NCBI GenBank assembly: GCA_051362555.1
Contig: CM120640.1
Span: 26,832,225 to 26,896,224, forward strand
Source of the DNA: Lingula anatina
Lineage: Eukaryota > Animalia > Brachiopoda
Reading direction: 5' to 3'
DNA: 64,000 nt
A program made the translations under genes and the position numbers. Below, in pieces: positions 41,501 through 53,800 of this stretch. The notes under the pieces were generated by a model. It made no database searches. It was not told the origin of the DNA and saw only the letters and a list, made by a program, of their open reading frames with translations. How positions within the stretch are numbered: the first letter of the stretch is position 1; the number at the start of each line of letters is the position of its first letter.

Positions 41501-41847
41501 AACAGCCCGACAGTACAACTCTTAATAGATTCTCCTGTTATCTGAATGAATGGATATGACGATGTTGTTTAGCGTCCTTAACTAACTGTACTGATCGTTA
41601 TCTTGCACCTTGGGCTGCACACGTAGTACTCAGGTAAAGGTACGCTAGGGCAACATTGCCGACTGTTAGATCTTTATAAGCGCGAGAATAGCCCGGTGGT
41701 CGATTTTAAGGTGTACGAAATTCACGAAATCAAGATCGCGCAAAATTGCTTACTGGCCGAAATTCATGGTCCAGAAAAAACTCCAGACGGCCGATTTTAA
41801 GATCGTTCGAAATTCAAGAGCCGTTCGAAATTCATGGCACTTTACCG
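38563..41847. mobile_element. Tc1/mariner-pogo-like element (TA TSD) with a GC-rich interior
   Basis: TA|CGGTAATGTGCCATGAATTTCGAAC...GTTCGAAATTCATGGCACTTTACCG|TA. The flanks rejoin into the foldback arm sequence GTTACGAACTACTTCC. Confidence 0.78.
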
Positions 41848-42342
41848 TACTTCCCGGTTTTCACAAGGCCCTTCAAGAACTCTAATACATCATTATAATT
41901 GCAGCACATACCATAAAACACCCAAAAATACTTAGATATGGACGTATCAGATTATATAAATGTCAAAATTCTAAATGACAAGGATTTATAGCCTCCCGGG
42001 AATTCCATTTCCTTTACGCTCTTTGTCGCGCTGGCGGTCGATGCAGCATGTATTTCAAAACAAGTTGTTTGCAAATTAACCACGATTTTGCACCTTCAAG
42101 TTCCGTGTCACGTTTTCATATCATGTGCCTATTACTTCTACAAGTATTCTCTGCCCAAAATGCGTTAAGAAGAAATGCCATCTTACCATGTTGTTTGAAG
42201 AACTGCTTTTTTCTCCGAGTCCATGTCTTCTCTCCCGTTCACCTCCAGCTAAAAATGACCACTCAGCTTTACGTCTTGCACCACTACACGTCACTTCCGG
42301 GACAATTCTGACCAATGCTGATCTTCTCCGGTACCCTTTATT

Positions 42343-44892
42343 AGAGGGTTTCGTGTGAAAACTAGTTATTTTTCATACCACTTGGTGCGCTGTATTCCCA
42401 CTCACAAAATGATGATGTAAACGTATGACCCTTTTAAGCTCAAGAAAATATATGAAGAAAATAGGGATAAACGTACTTAACAGCAAGTCACAATAAAAAT
42501 ATGGTATGTTTACGTGTTTTCTTGTGTGTGTCGTTTTAAGGAATTGTACATGTAATATGAGAACAGAATAACTCATGAGTTGAAACAGCGTTGGAAGGAA
42601 CAGATTTATGCACTATGTAAATTAATGTACGATATTTACAAGCATTTTCACGTGATTATTTCAGTGTTTGACCTTCGTTTGAAATAGCACAGGCCAATTT
42701 GGCCAGTGAGTTTTGTAAGTTACAGGCCAAACTGAAAATGTACAAGCCAGACTTTGGCCTGTTTTATTAAGAAGTTACCAAATATTCAAAGTGCAGGTCA
42801 TGTGGTAATGACTGATGATTGAGATGTTATCAGGTACCAATGCTGCATAGTTAGGCTCCATTCACATGAAAAATCTCTTAAGAGATTTAAACAAAAAACC
42901 AAACCTTTTAGAAAAAAACCAGGGGCTAACTTTGAATGTAAAAATGGATTCATTAACCATTGGTAAGTATAGGAAAATAATTGTTTACTCCAGGAAAATT
43001 CATTTTTTGGCCAAAACAAAGAGTTATTATCCCTTTAACCAAGTATCCTGTTGAGGGTAATTAGTACCCCCTCCCCTTAAAGTTACTCTTTTGCAGCTGA
43101 AATTGTCAGTTACATCTTAGAGCATAGATAATCTAAGGATACTTGAAATTAAACATTTCACATTTTGGCATTTTCAAGTTGTGACTTTGAAGTTCTATGG
43201 GCCTGAAGACCTTTGCTGGTCACATTTTCTGAATATCCATGATACTAATATTTTATCATTAAAAATTGATGGTCATTATGCTGTTAAACATTATGTAATG
43301 TTGCATCAAAATTTGAATAAACCCATATTTTGGGCACTGCTCCCATTATGACCATTTAAGGAAAACCATGTCATTTACTGTTCTCAAACTTACAGGAAAG
43401 AAACATATGGGACTAAAATACAGCTTCAGTAGGCAATGCAGTCTGTTTGGTAAATTTTTCTGGCAGATAAACAGTTTTTTTGTGAAAATTTAATTTTTCA
43501 CATATTGGCATTTTCAAGGTGTGACTTTGAAGTTTCATGGTCCTGAAGAACTTTGTTAGTCACATTTTCTGAATATCCATGATACTAATATTTATTATTA
43601 AAAATTGATTGTCATTTTGCTGTTAACCATTATGTAATATTCCATCAGAATAGAAGAAAACATAATTTTGGGTGCTGCTGCCATGATGACCATTATGGGA
43701 AAACCATGTTACTTATGATTGCCACACTTTCAAAAAAGAAATACAGGACTAAAATGCAGCCCGAGTTGGAAAAGCAGTCTAATTGGCTTCTTTTTCTGGA
43801 AGTTATACATTTTCAAAGTGTGAACTTGAACTCCCATGGGCCTGAAGCCTTATGCTTGTTACACATTTTACTTACATTGGTATTACCAGTTCAGCATAAT
43901 TAAAATTTGATGTTGAATTTGCAGTTTAACATAATGTACTTTTGCATCAGAATTGACAGTAGCCTATTTTGTGCATAGTTATTTCCTGCTTTTTGTCTGT
44001 ACATTTGACAGCTTTGCTGCCTTGTTTTGAAGTGCCTTTTGTCTGCAACAACTGACAATCAAGAAAAAGATACTATTAGTTATTAGCATTAAACATCAAA
44101 CCAAAGGGACAACACAGTGACATTTCCAGATAGACAGGTGGGAAAACATGACCCATCTAGTTTGGAAGCTACAAGAGTCCAGGAATTTTTAGTGTCAAAA
44201 ATATGAGATCCTTAAAGGCTTTTTCAGGGCATAGTAAACTTTAAAGCAATCAAATGAATTAAATTCATAAATATTAATGCATTCTTGAAAATAAATATGA
44301 ATACAAGTTAGAATTACATTTTATAAGATCCATCTGCCCCTGTAAACCTATTATTAATACAATACAATATATTATCATTTTTTACATGACAAGACTGTTT
44401 TAATATTCAACTACCCCCAGTTTCTTGTGATAATGTCCTTCTCTTGGCCAGTCTCTCCAAGGGAATTGACATAGGTGAATTTACCCTCCTTTCTTCCACA
44501 ATACTAAGCAAAATAGACACAAGTGAAAAAATAATATGGGTAACCTTAGAGAAATAAGTCATGTCTCCATCATATACAATCCTGGACGTTACATGAAGGC
44601 TCACATGGAATGAAACACCTGTAAAAAGAATGGTATAAATGATGATGTTTCTACCTCATATGACCAAATAATTCGTTTTCTCTTAAAGATCTTGGAAACA
44701 TCTTGACAGCTTTAAAATTTTTATAATATGTATTATTCAAACACGTAAATATAATAAATTTAAATAGCGACCTTCATTGCTGTCAAGTTTACCGCTATTT
44801 TCAGCTTAATATGTCTACGTCATCATTTTATGAATGGGTATACAGCGCACCAAGTGGTATAAAAAATAACTAGTTTTCACACGAAGCCCTCT
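42343..44892. mobile_element. DNA transposon with ~85-bp TIRs (PIF/Harbinger-like, ATT TSD, or TA TSD), containing a HINE B fragment (~43160-44026)
   Basis: AGAGGGTTTCGTGTGAAAACTAGTTATTTTTCATACCACTTGGTGCGCTGTAT / ATACAGCGCACCAAGTGGTATAAAAAATAACTAGTTTTCACACGAAGCCCTCT. Confidence 0.75.
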
Positions 44893-45253
44893 ATTGGCAA
44901 AATCTGCTAGCCCATCTTAGAATATGACAACCAACTTAGTCAGTCGTGCTGGTACACCTAAACCACAGAAAAATACTACTACTCCTAAGTTATCGACAAG
45001 TTTATTCGAAATTTGGATAACTGAGACTACATTACACACATTATGATCTTTGATACAGATTTTTCAATGAATTGACTGTGTAAAACTTTAAAAGCTGAGT
45101 TTTCGACAACGACGACCTACTGGTTTACTCCTTAGGTGCCCTCTCAGTCGACTAATGCTCCCTCTCAGGAAATGGATAAGAAAACGGATTACTTACTTGC
45201 TTATAGTATATATAGTAGAAATTGAAAATATCCACAAAGTAGAAATAACAAGC

Positions 45254-47486
45254 TTTTTATGTACAGACACAGATGTGTCTGTACATATTGCCATTACCTG
45301 CATCTGTCGTCGCCGTTCATGTCGCCGTTCATGTCGATGTCGCCGTCGCCGTCGCCGTGCACTTTCAGCGTTAACACCATAAGTGGAAGACAGTTTTACT
45401 TTTTGACTTTATATTTACAGAGCTGATGAATATTCATAAAACGCAGGTCAAGTTCGAAAATCAGCATGATCGGGCCATTATTGTAGAATTTATGCTGTTT
45501 TTTCACTTTTCAGCATATATGCAACACTGTTAACACATTTCAAAGAAAACCGATAGGCCTGTTGTCATGAAACTCACAGGAGTAATCAATCTTACTAAAA
45601 TGCAGGTCAAGTTCGAAAATCGGCATGATCGGGCCACCATTTTAGTAGTTATGCTGTTTTTCCCCTTTTCAGCATATATGCAACACTGTTAACACATTTC
45701 AAAGAAAACCGATAGGCCTGTTGTCATGAAACTGACAGGAGTAATCAATCTTACTAAAACGCAGGTCAAGTTCGAAAATCAGCATAATCGGGCCATTATT
45801 TTATAAGTTATGCTGTTTTTTCATATTTCTTCAGATTCAATTCTTAGGCATGTTAACAGTCTCATTATTTAATCAATAAGATATGCAAAAGTGTTTGTTT
45901 GACATTTCCTGCATCTTTACAACATTGTTAGTTGATTATGTAAAAATGATGGTAAACTTGTTATCGTGTATTGTGTAATAAAGTGTCAAAAATGGAAATA
46001 AACTCATATCATTGCAGTTTGTAAGATTCAATCATTCATTATGTTCAGAAACTCAGAATGGAGGAAATTGGACATTTGACACTGTTCTATTGATATTTTT
46101 CACATCTCATCAACTTTCTTAGTTGATCATAAAAAAATGGCAGTAAAATGTTAATTTTGTTTTATGTTAAAAAAAGTGTTAAAAATGAAAATAAACGCAT
46201 TTCATAACAGTACTGTCTTGTTTTACATTTCCTCAGATTCAATTCTTAGGCATGTTAACAGTCTCATTATTTAACTAATAAGATACGTAAAAGTCTTTGT
46301 TTAACATTTCCTGCATCTTTACAACATTGTTAGTTAATTATGTAAAAATGATGGTAAGCTTGTTATCATGTATTGTATAATAGAGTTTCAAAAATGGAAA
46401 TAAACTCTTATCATTGCAGTTTGTCAGATTCATTCATTCATTCACTATGTTCAGAAACTCAGAATGGAGGAAATTGGACATTAAACACTGTTCTATTGAT
46501 AATTTTTCCATCTCATCAATTTTCTTAGTTGATCATATAAAAATGGCATTAAAGTGTTAATTTTGTTATATGTTAAAAAATTGTTAAAAATGGAAAAAAA
46601 TGCATTTCAGGACAGAACTGTCTTGTCTACATTTTGGCATTTTCAAGGTGTGACTTTGAAGTTCCATGGGCCTGAAGACCTTTGCTAGTCACATTTTCTG
46701 AATATCCATGATACTAATATTTTATTATTAAAAATTGATGGTTATTATCCTGTTAAACATTATGTAATATTGCATCAAAATTTGAAGAAACCCCTATTTT
46801 GGACACTGCTCCCTTGATGACCATTTAAGGAAAACCATGTCACTTACTGTTCTCAAACTTACAGGAAAGAAACATGGGACTAAAATACAGTTTCATTAGG
46901 CAGTGCAGTCTATTTGGTAAATTTTTCTGGCAGTTAATCAGTTTTTTGTGAAAATTTAATTTTTCACATATTGGCAATTTCAAGGTGTGACTTAGAACCA
47001 CCTTGGGCTTGAAGACCCATGCTAGTCACATTTTCTGAAAATCCACGATACGTATACTTTATTATTAAAAACTGATGGTCTTTATGCTGTTAAGCATTAT
47101 GAAATATTGCATCAAAATAGAAGAAAACACAATTTTGGGTATTGCTGCCATGATGACCATCATGGGAAAACCATATTACTTATGATTGTTAAACTTTTAA
47201 AAAAGAAACACAGGACTAAAATGCAGCTCGAGTTGGAAATGCAGTCTAATTGACTTCTTTTTCTGGAAGTTTTACATTTTCAAAGTGTGAACTCAAACTC
47301 CCATGGGCCTGAAGCCTTATGCTTGTTACACATTTTACTTACATTGGTATTACCTGTTGAGCATAATTAAAATTTGATGTTGAATTTGTAGTTTAACATA
47401 ATGTACTTTTACATCAGAATTGACAGTAGCCTATTTTGTTATTTCCTGCTTTTTGTCTGTACATTTGACAGCTTTGCTGCCTTGTT
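45254..47486 (+). mobile_element. HINE family B (DINE-1-like), full-length
   Basis: 5' TTTTTATGTACAGACACAGATGTGTCTGTACAT (subTIR plus palindrome), (GTC/GCC)n microsatellite, ~159-bp tandem units, 3' subTIR TGTCTGTACAT and hairpin CAGCTTTGCTG, ending in TT. Confidence 0.82.
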
Positions 47487-47889
47487 TAAAAATTTTGATC
47501 AGAAGTCAAAATACAAATCAGTGCTTGTAAAGAGTTTTGTTATCAATACAAGTGAAAACGTATATTTGTTGGTGATATAATTCCCTGCTGTGACCAACCT
47601 ATAATTAATTGTTGATACTGATATTAATAACCCGGAAGCTCAGTAAAATTTTAATTTTGCAAAAACTTGCAAGAGTTACGGTAGCAAGGAATTCATATGT
47701 TTGCATTACTATTTACAGTTTCTAATATGTACTAGCTGTGTTGTTTTAATAATATGATTCCATTGGTAAAACATGGCAGTGACACGAGGTCTCTTAAGTA
47801 GTTTTTATTTCAATAAACTTATCACCATGACTGTATGGTGGAACTAAAAGATATGTATTTGTAGGAACACAAGACAAAAGAGCTACAGT

Positions 47890-50800
47890 ATGGCATCAGG
47901 AAAGATGTTGCAAGAACAGCTGAAGGCACTCAGTAATTGTGTAACCAATAACCAAGTAGAATTGGTGACAAACTTGAATGTGGACGTTCTTCTGTTGTCT
48001 TCTTTGCAAGAACAATCTCTTCTGACACAATATCAAATTGCTGTAATAAAGGTAGAGTAATCAATTTATTGTTATATTAAAAAGCTTGTACAGTAGTTTG
48101 TTTCTTTGTTTTTTGCTTTTACTGGAAGGGGGAAGGGCACATGTGTGGGGTTTACTTGCTTCCAACTAGATTTTTACTTCCAAGTTTTCCACCAGATGCC
48201 AGCTGAGTGATGATTTCAACTCTGCAAACATTCTCTCTAAACCTCTGTATTGAGATACCAGATGGAACCAGTTTAGTAACTCCTCTTGCTAAAGTTCAGC
48301 CACCCACCTGACCTAGGGGTTTCCCAAAACCACTACGTGTGTGTGTGATGGAAGGGGGGGGGGGGCATAGGGACTGTTCACAATATATTTTATCGGCTTA
48401 ATGCCAATGCACCAGGACTTGCTGACTACAATCAGTTTTAACAGACTGACATGCCTCCTCTTGTTAACAGCGTACTCACATAATCACCAGCTTTGATTTA
48501 TGATGTTGTTGTGTTACATTTGCATGGAGTAAAGCCCCCTTTACACTGGACGGCGTCCTTTCTGCGTCCAGCAGTACGGCCCCATTTGAGAGTTAAAAAA
48601 TTATAATACTTTTCATGCCGACAACTGGCCGATCACTGAGCATTCATTCTGCTACAAAATCAATGCTCGTGCCTCCTTATTAAGACCACAGCGATGCCAA
48701 ATTTCATGGTCGCAGAAAGGACGCCGTCCAGTGTAAAGGGGGTATTAGTGTGCAGTAGTAGTGGTCCTTCAAATACTAGTATATCATACACTAGAGTAAG
48801 TAGTTAAGATCAGAGCAATTAATTGACTTGATCACCTGCCAAGAGATTGGTCAGGGACTAGTTAAGTGTCAGTGCCTGAGCAGTTGGTAATAAAGGACTC
48901 CGAAGAAAATCAGACATGCTGAAAAATTTTCAGAATGGCCAGACATTTGGACTGGCAGTAATGAAAAATTTGCCGGACCGAATGGATTTTTGTCAGGCCG
49001 AAAATCACCCTATTTGTTCGAGACAGATACTACCAGTACGTTTAGGTAGCTTACTTTGTTTGTGGATGTGATAGGTTTTAAATGGATGGGAAAAACACTT
49101 TGGGTTTTTTATAATTTTATTGGTGAATTATGTCTAATGATGAATGTAAATTCAAAATTGTGGTTCTTAAAACTCTTGTCAGTCCTTTAGACTGACCAAG
49201 TCCAATTTTTTACCCGTCCAAAAAAATGCTTGGTCATGACCGATCGGACTGACAGTTTCAGCAAGTCTGGAAGATAGATTATGCTAGAAATGTAATGTAA
49301 TGTGGCTTCAAATGGTGTAAGACACAAAGCTGTTCATTTTTAGCTAGATATATATGGGAGCTGAGACATGGGTGCGAAGTAGAAGCAGATTTTCCAACAG
49401 CATGGTAAGACAATGTCTGTACATATAGCCATCACCTGCGTCTTTTGTTGCTGTTGTGGAAAACCATTGTTCTTTTTGGCTTGAAACTTACAGAACTGAT
49501 GAATATCCATTATACACAGGTCAAGTTAAAAAATCAGCTTTTATTGTGCATTGTGTAATAAAGTATCAAAAATGGAAAGGAACTCATATCATTGCAGTTC
49601 GTCAGATTCAATCATTCACTAAGTTAAGAATCTCAGAATGGAACAAGTTGGACATTTAAATTTGTTCTATTGATATTTTTCCTTTGACAACATATTTTTT
49701 AATTGATCATATAAGAATTACAGTAAATCGCTTATTTTGTTTTATGTAAAAAAGGTGTTGAAAATGGAAATAAACTCTTTTCAATACAGTTTTCTCTTGT
49801 TTAGATTTTGGGATTTTCAAAGTGTGACTCTGAACTCTATGGGCTAGACACATTTTCTGAATATCCATGATAGTTTTATTTTATCATTAAAAAACTGATG
49901 GTTATTATGCTGTTAAGCATTGTGTAATATTGCATCAAAATTGAACAAAACCCTATTTTGGGCACTGCCTCCGTAGTGACCGTGAAAGGACAACCATGTC
50001 ACTTGCTTTTTTCACACTTAAAGGAAAGAAACATAGGACTGAAATACAGCTTCAGTTGGAAAATCTGTCTCATTAGTTAATTTTCTGGAAGTTATAGAGT
50101 TTTTTTTGTGAAAATTTTTATCTTTCACATACTGGAATTTTCAATGTGGGACTTAGAGCTCCCTTGGGCATGAAGCCCAGTGGTAATCAAATTTTCTTAA
50201 TGTCCATGTTTTTAATAGTAGATATTTAAAAATTGGTGGTATGTATACAGTTAATCATTATGTAATGGTGCATCAAAATTGACAAAAACCTACTTTATGC
50301 ACTGCCACCATTAACTTTATGGAAAGAAAACTGTTACTTTCTATTTTTTCAACTACATGTAGTCTTACAAGAATGATTCTTAGGATTGACATACAGCTCA
50401 TATTAGAAAACCAGCTCTATTAGATTATCATTTTTATTAAATTTATGCATTTTTTGTGAAATTTTCATTTTTCTCATTCTGGCACTTTCTAAGTATACAC
50501 TTGAACTCTGATGGGCCTGAAGCCTTATGCTTTTACTTTCGTCAGTGTTACCTGTTGTGCATAATTAAGATTTGATGTTGACCATGCAGTTAAACAAAAT
50601 GTATTATTGTATCAGAATTGGTAGTCTCCTATTTTGTGCATTATTGTTTTGTGCTTTTCTTAAGGTGTGACTTATGGGCCTGAAGACCTTTGAATGGGTC
50701 AGTCTGTAAATTTCCCTTGGGTATCACTAGGCTAAGTTCAGAGTTATAAAGTCATTTGCCTAATTAATAGGCCATTAAATGAGATTACATAAAGCAAACT

Positions 50801-53800
50801 TGTTGATATTTCCCTGTAAACTCCCAAAGGTTAAGCTCTCTGCTAGATTAATAATAAGGAAGCAGTGATAATTATGCAGGTGAATTTTGTTTAATATTGC
50901 AAATAAGTTTTTAATATATATATATATATATCAAACTCAAAGATTAAAAGTTTGAATAGCAGCTTCATTGGAATTATATTTACCTCTGCCAAGGAGGTTA
51001 TGTTTTCACCCCTGTTTGTCTGTCATCAACATTACTGAAAAAGTTATGTACCGATTTTGATGAAATTTTCAGGAACTGTCAGAAGTGGGTCAAGGAGGAC
51101 AATGATTAGTTTTTGGTGGTGGTTCGGATCAATAATCTATCAATAATCAATAATAATAAAAAATTGCTGCCTTGGCAGAGGTCTGCACTCTCAGAGTGCT
51201 TTTCTGGTTTTATGTTTTCCTTTTTAATTTTTTCTCAAACACTGGCATTTGTGACTTTTAACTCCCATCCGCCTGTGGCTCTGCACATTTTCTGTATTTC
51301 CACATAAGCAGTTGTATATTGGTTTTTATGTCTTTAAACATTATGTAATATTATTTTATGCACTGTCATCATTTTCAAATATTGGGACTTTCATCATGTG
51401 AATTTGAACTCTCATGGTCCTGAAACTGTAATCTTATCGAAGGGATGGATTGAGACCATCTTCTGGGTCTTCCGGAAGACAGTCAGGTTTTTAAGTTTAT
51501 ATTGACCGATATCTATTTTTTTTTCTGTTGGAAGACCATCAAAATGGAGGATGGATCAACATAGATACTTTGGAATACTGTCAGAAAATATCTCTGGGTC
51601 CGCTCCTGTTATTGACCATGTTACCTGTTGTGCATGATTAAAATTCAGTGATGACTAACAGTGCTATATATAAGCATTATTTATTATTGCATCAAAATTG
51701 ACAAAATGACCTATTTTGCATCTTTATTTTCTGTTTTTTGTCTGTACATATGACAGCTTTGCTGCCTTGTTTTCATTTGGCATTTTGAGCAGATAATGTT
51801 TGTAAAAATTTGGGTCATATGAAAACCTAATACAAAGATTGAAAGTGAAAAATTGTGCTTTTATTATTTGTCATCTTTCTTTTAAATAACTAGCTTCATA
51901 GACTGACAGCTAAAAATGACTAGCCGGCTTTATGTTTCACACTGTTCGACATCACATATGTTGCGCAATTTGTCTTCTCGAGGGTCTTTTATTATAAGAA
52001 CCAACTTGGAAATTATTGGTTGGAATTCATCACAGTTGGGTCAGAGTTCGGAGACGTGCACAGAAATAGCAAGGGAAATATCTGTGAATATTTAATGAGC
52101 AATCAATGTATTGGCCCTTGGTAGAGGGTACTTTTTGTTTGACAAAGGCAAGAAAACCTTGTATCAAATTAAGTATACACATATAATTTTCAAAAAGACC
52201 AAAGCTTACAAATGCTCAGTGGAATTATTTGATCACTATCTCTTTTTAAGACATTTCTTTTGTTGTAATTCCTTGTACCAATACGTTGTACAAAATATTA
52301 TGCACATGATGCTTATGTATACCATTAAATTTATGATTCTTTGTGATGATGTACCTCTAGGCAGAGAAAACCAGGTTTGACAAAGCTGAGAAAGTACTGG
52401 AATTCATTCAAACCAAAGGTCCAGATTTTTTGGACAAGTTCATAACAGCATTAAGAGAAACAAGCCACGACTATTTGGCTAACTTGCTTGGTATGTACTG
52501 TATATTTATTAACGTTGCAATTCTAAAACTTGTATGGGTATAATATTTTTGACGTGGAAGGTGTACATGTGTATCCTGTCAGCTGATATCATTATTCTTA
52601 GATGTCTCTTAGTTGCAAACATATATAGGTCATGAACATAGCATTTGATGGATTGAAATGTCTTGACATACTTTAAGTGTCATTTGTAAGGTGATTGAAG
52701 TTTTATATTTATAGAGACGTCAAAGAACTCTGCTCCACAGATTCCAGTGAGCATTCCAGGTGTTAAAAAGGAAACACCTTCTACATTCCCAATGACTGCT
52801 TCTTATCCAAAGGTAGAGCATCATTATAATGCCACCACAATAAATGTTCATCATTATGGATCTGGAGATTCACGTCATGATACCATCAACCAGCAAGAAC
52901 TGGCCAAAGATCCCATGCAGTCGGCACCTCCCCCAGGTGCAGTTAAAAGAGAGCCAGGTGGGCTGGTTGGATCTCCTGCTGCGAAGTTTCCACAGCGGGA
53001 TTCAAGAGAGGAAATGGAAACTGGGTGCATTGGACAGGCAAATGAAACCGGTTAACATTTTCATTATGCATTTTTATTAAAGATACATTTTGGGACGTGA
53101 AAGAAGTGTAATTTAAGATACATTTTGAGATGTGAAAGAAGTGTAATTTAAGATACATTTTGAGATGTGAAAGAAGTGTTATGATGTTCTAAAGTTTTCA
53201 GGTGTTTGAGTGCACATTCTAACTATGATGAAAATAAGGATTGTGTAGCGTCATTCCTTTGTCTCATTTATTTTCACTAAGATTGGGCATCCATTCATCT
53301 CTCTGTTTTTGAGTTGGATTCTTTTTAATCTCAAGTATTTTCTTTATTTTTATCATATGCAAGATCTAAAAAGATTACCGTCAGACTTGAAGTCAACCAG
53401 CTTCTCTGGCCAGATGGAAATGGAAACAACGGATAGTAGTGGAACAGACTTCATCTCCCAAATAACAGGTGTATTAGAGAAAGAAAAGGCAGGAAACAGG
53501 CAAATGTCTTCAGTTTCTGCACCAGACATTGAGAGAAAGCCAAAACCAAAATTCAACCAAGCTATCAATGCTTATGAATTCAGTGAGAAGGACTTGGAAT
53601 TGGTCACTAACTGTTTTTCTGAAGTAATTGCCTCTGAAGAAAAATGTGGGTTTGGTGTAGTGCATAGGGGTAGGTTACATTTTTTGTCAAGAGAGAAAAT
53701 GCCTTCATTATGTCATCGTAATTCATTTTTTCCAGTATAATGATACAGATAAATTACATTTTATTATTATTTTCGCTTAAACTTTTTTTTATATTTTTAT

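Larger units (their letters stand above)
32195..44932. mobile_element. Mutator/Foldback-like element with ~0.8-kb inverted arms and 9-bp TSD; right arm broken by five insertions
   Basis: TSD AACTTAGTC at 32186-94 and 44933-41. Ends GGTTGTCGTATTCTAAGATGGG / CCCATCTTAGAATATGACAACC. The left arm 32195-33180 matches, inverted, the pieces 33945-34045, 34405-34588, 38496-38562, 41848-42342 and 44893-44932. Confidence 0.82.
31440..47587. mobile_element. P-element-like TIR element (7-bp TSD) expanded to 16.1 kb by nested insertions, in the 5' UTR intron of paralog 2
   Basis: Perfect 14-bp TIR CAGGGAATTATATC / GATATAATTCCCTG. TSD CTGTGAC at 31433-39 and 47588-94. The element is absent from the matching paralog 1 site (~12450-12465). 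Superfamily is inferred from TSD length and CA..TG ends only. Confidence 0.75.

Noticed and set aside
44400-44620. Minus-strand exon-like stretch (..GKFTYVNSLGE..NW) faintly like a TE-borne Ulp1 protease
   Set aside because: Several stop codons and no catalytic motifs; too weak to call without a profile search.
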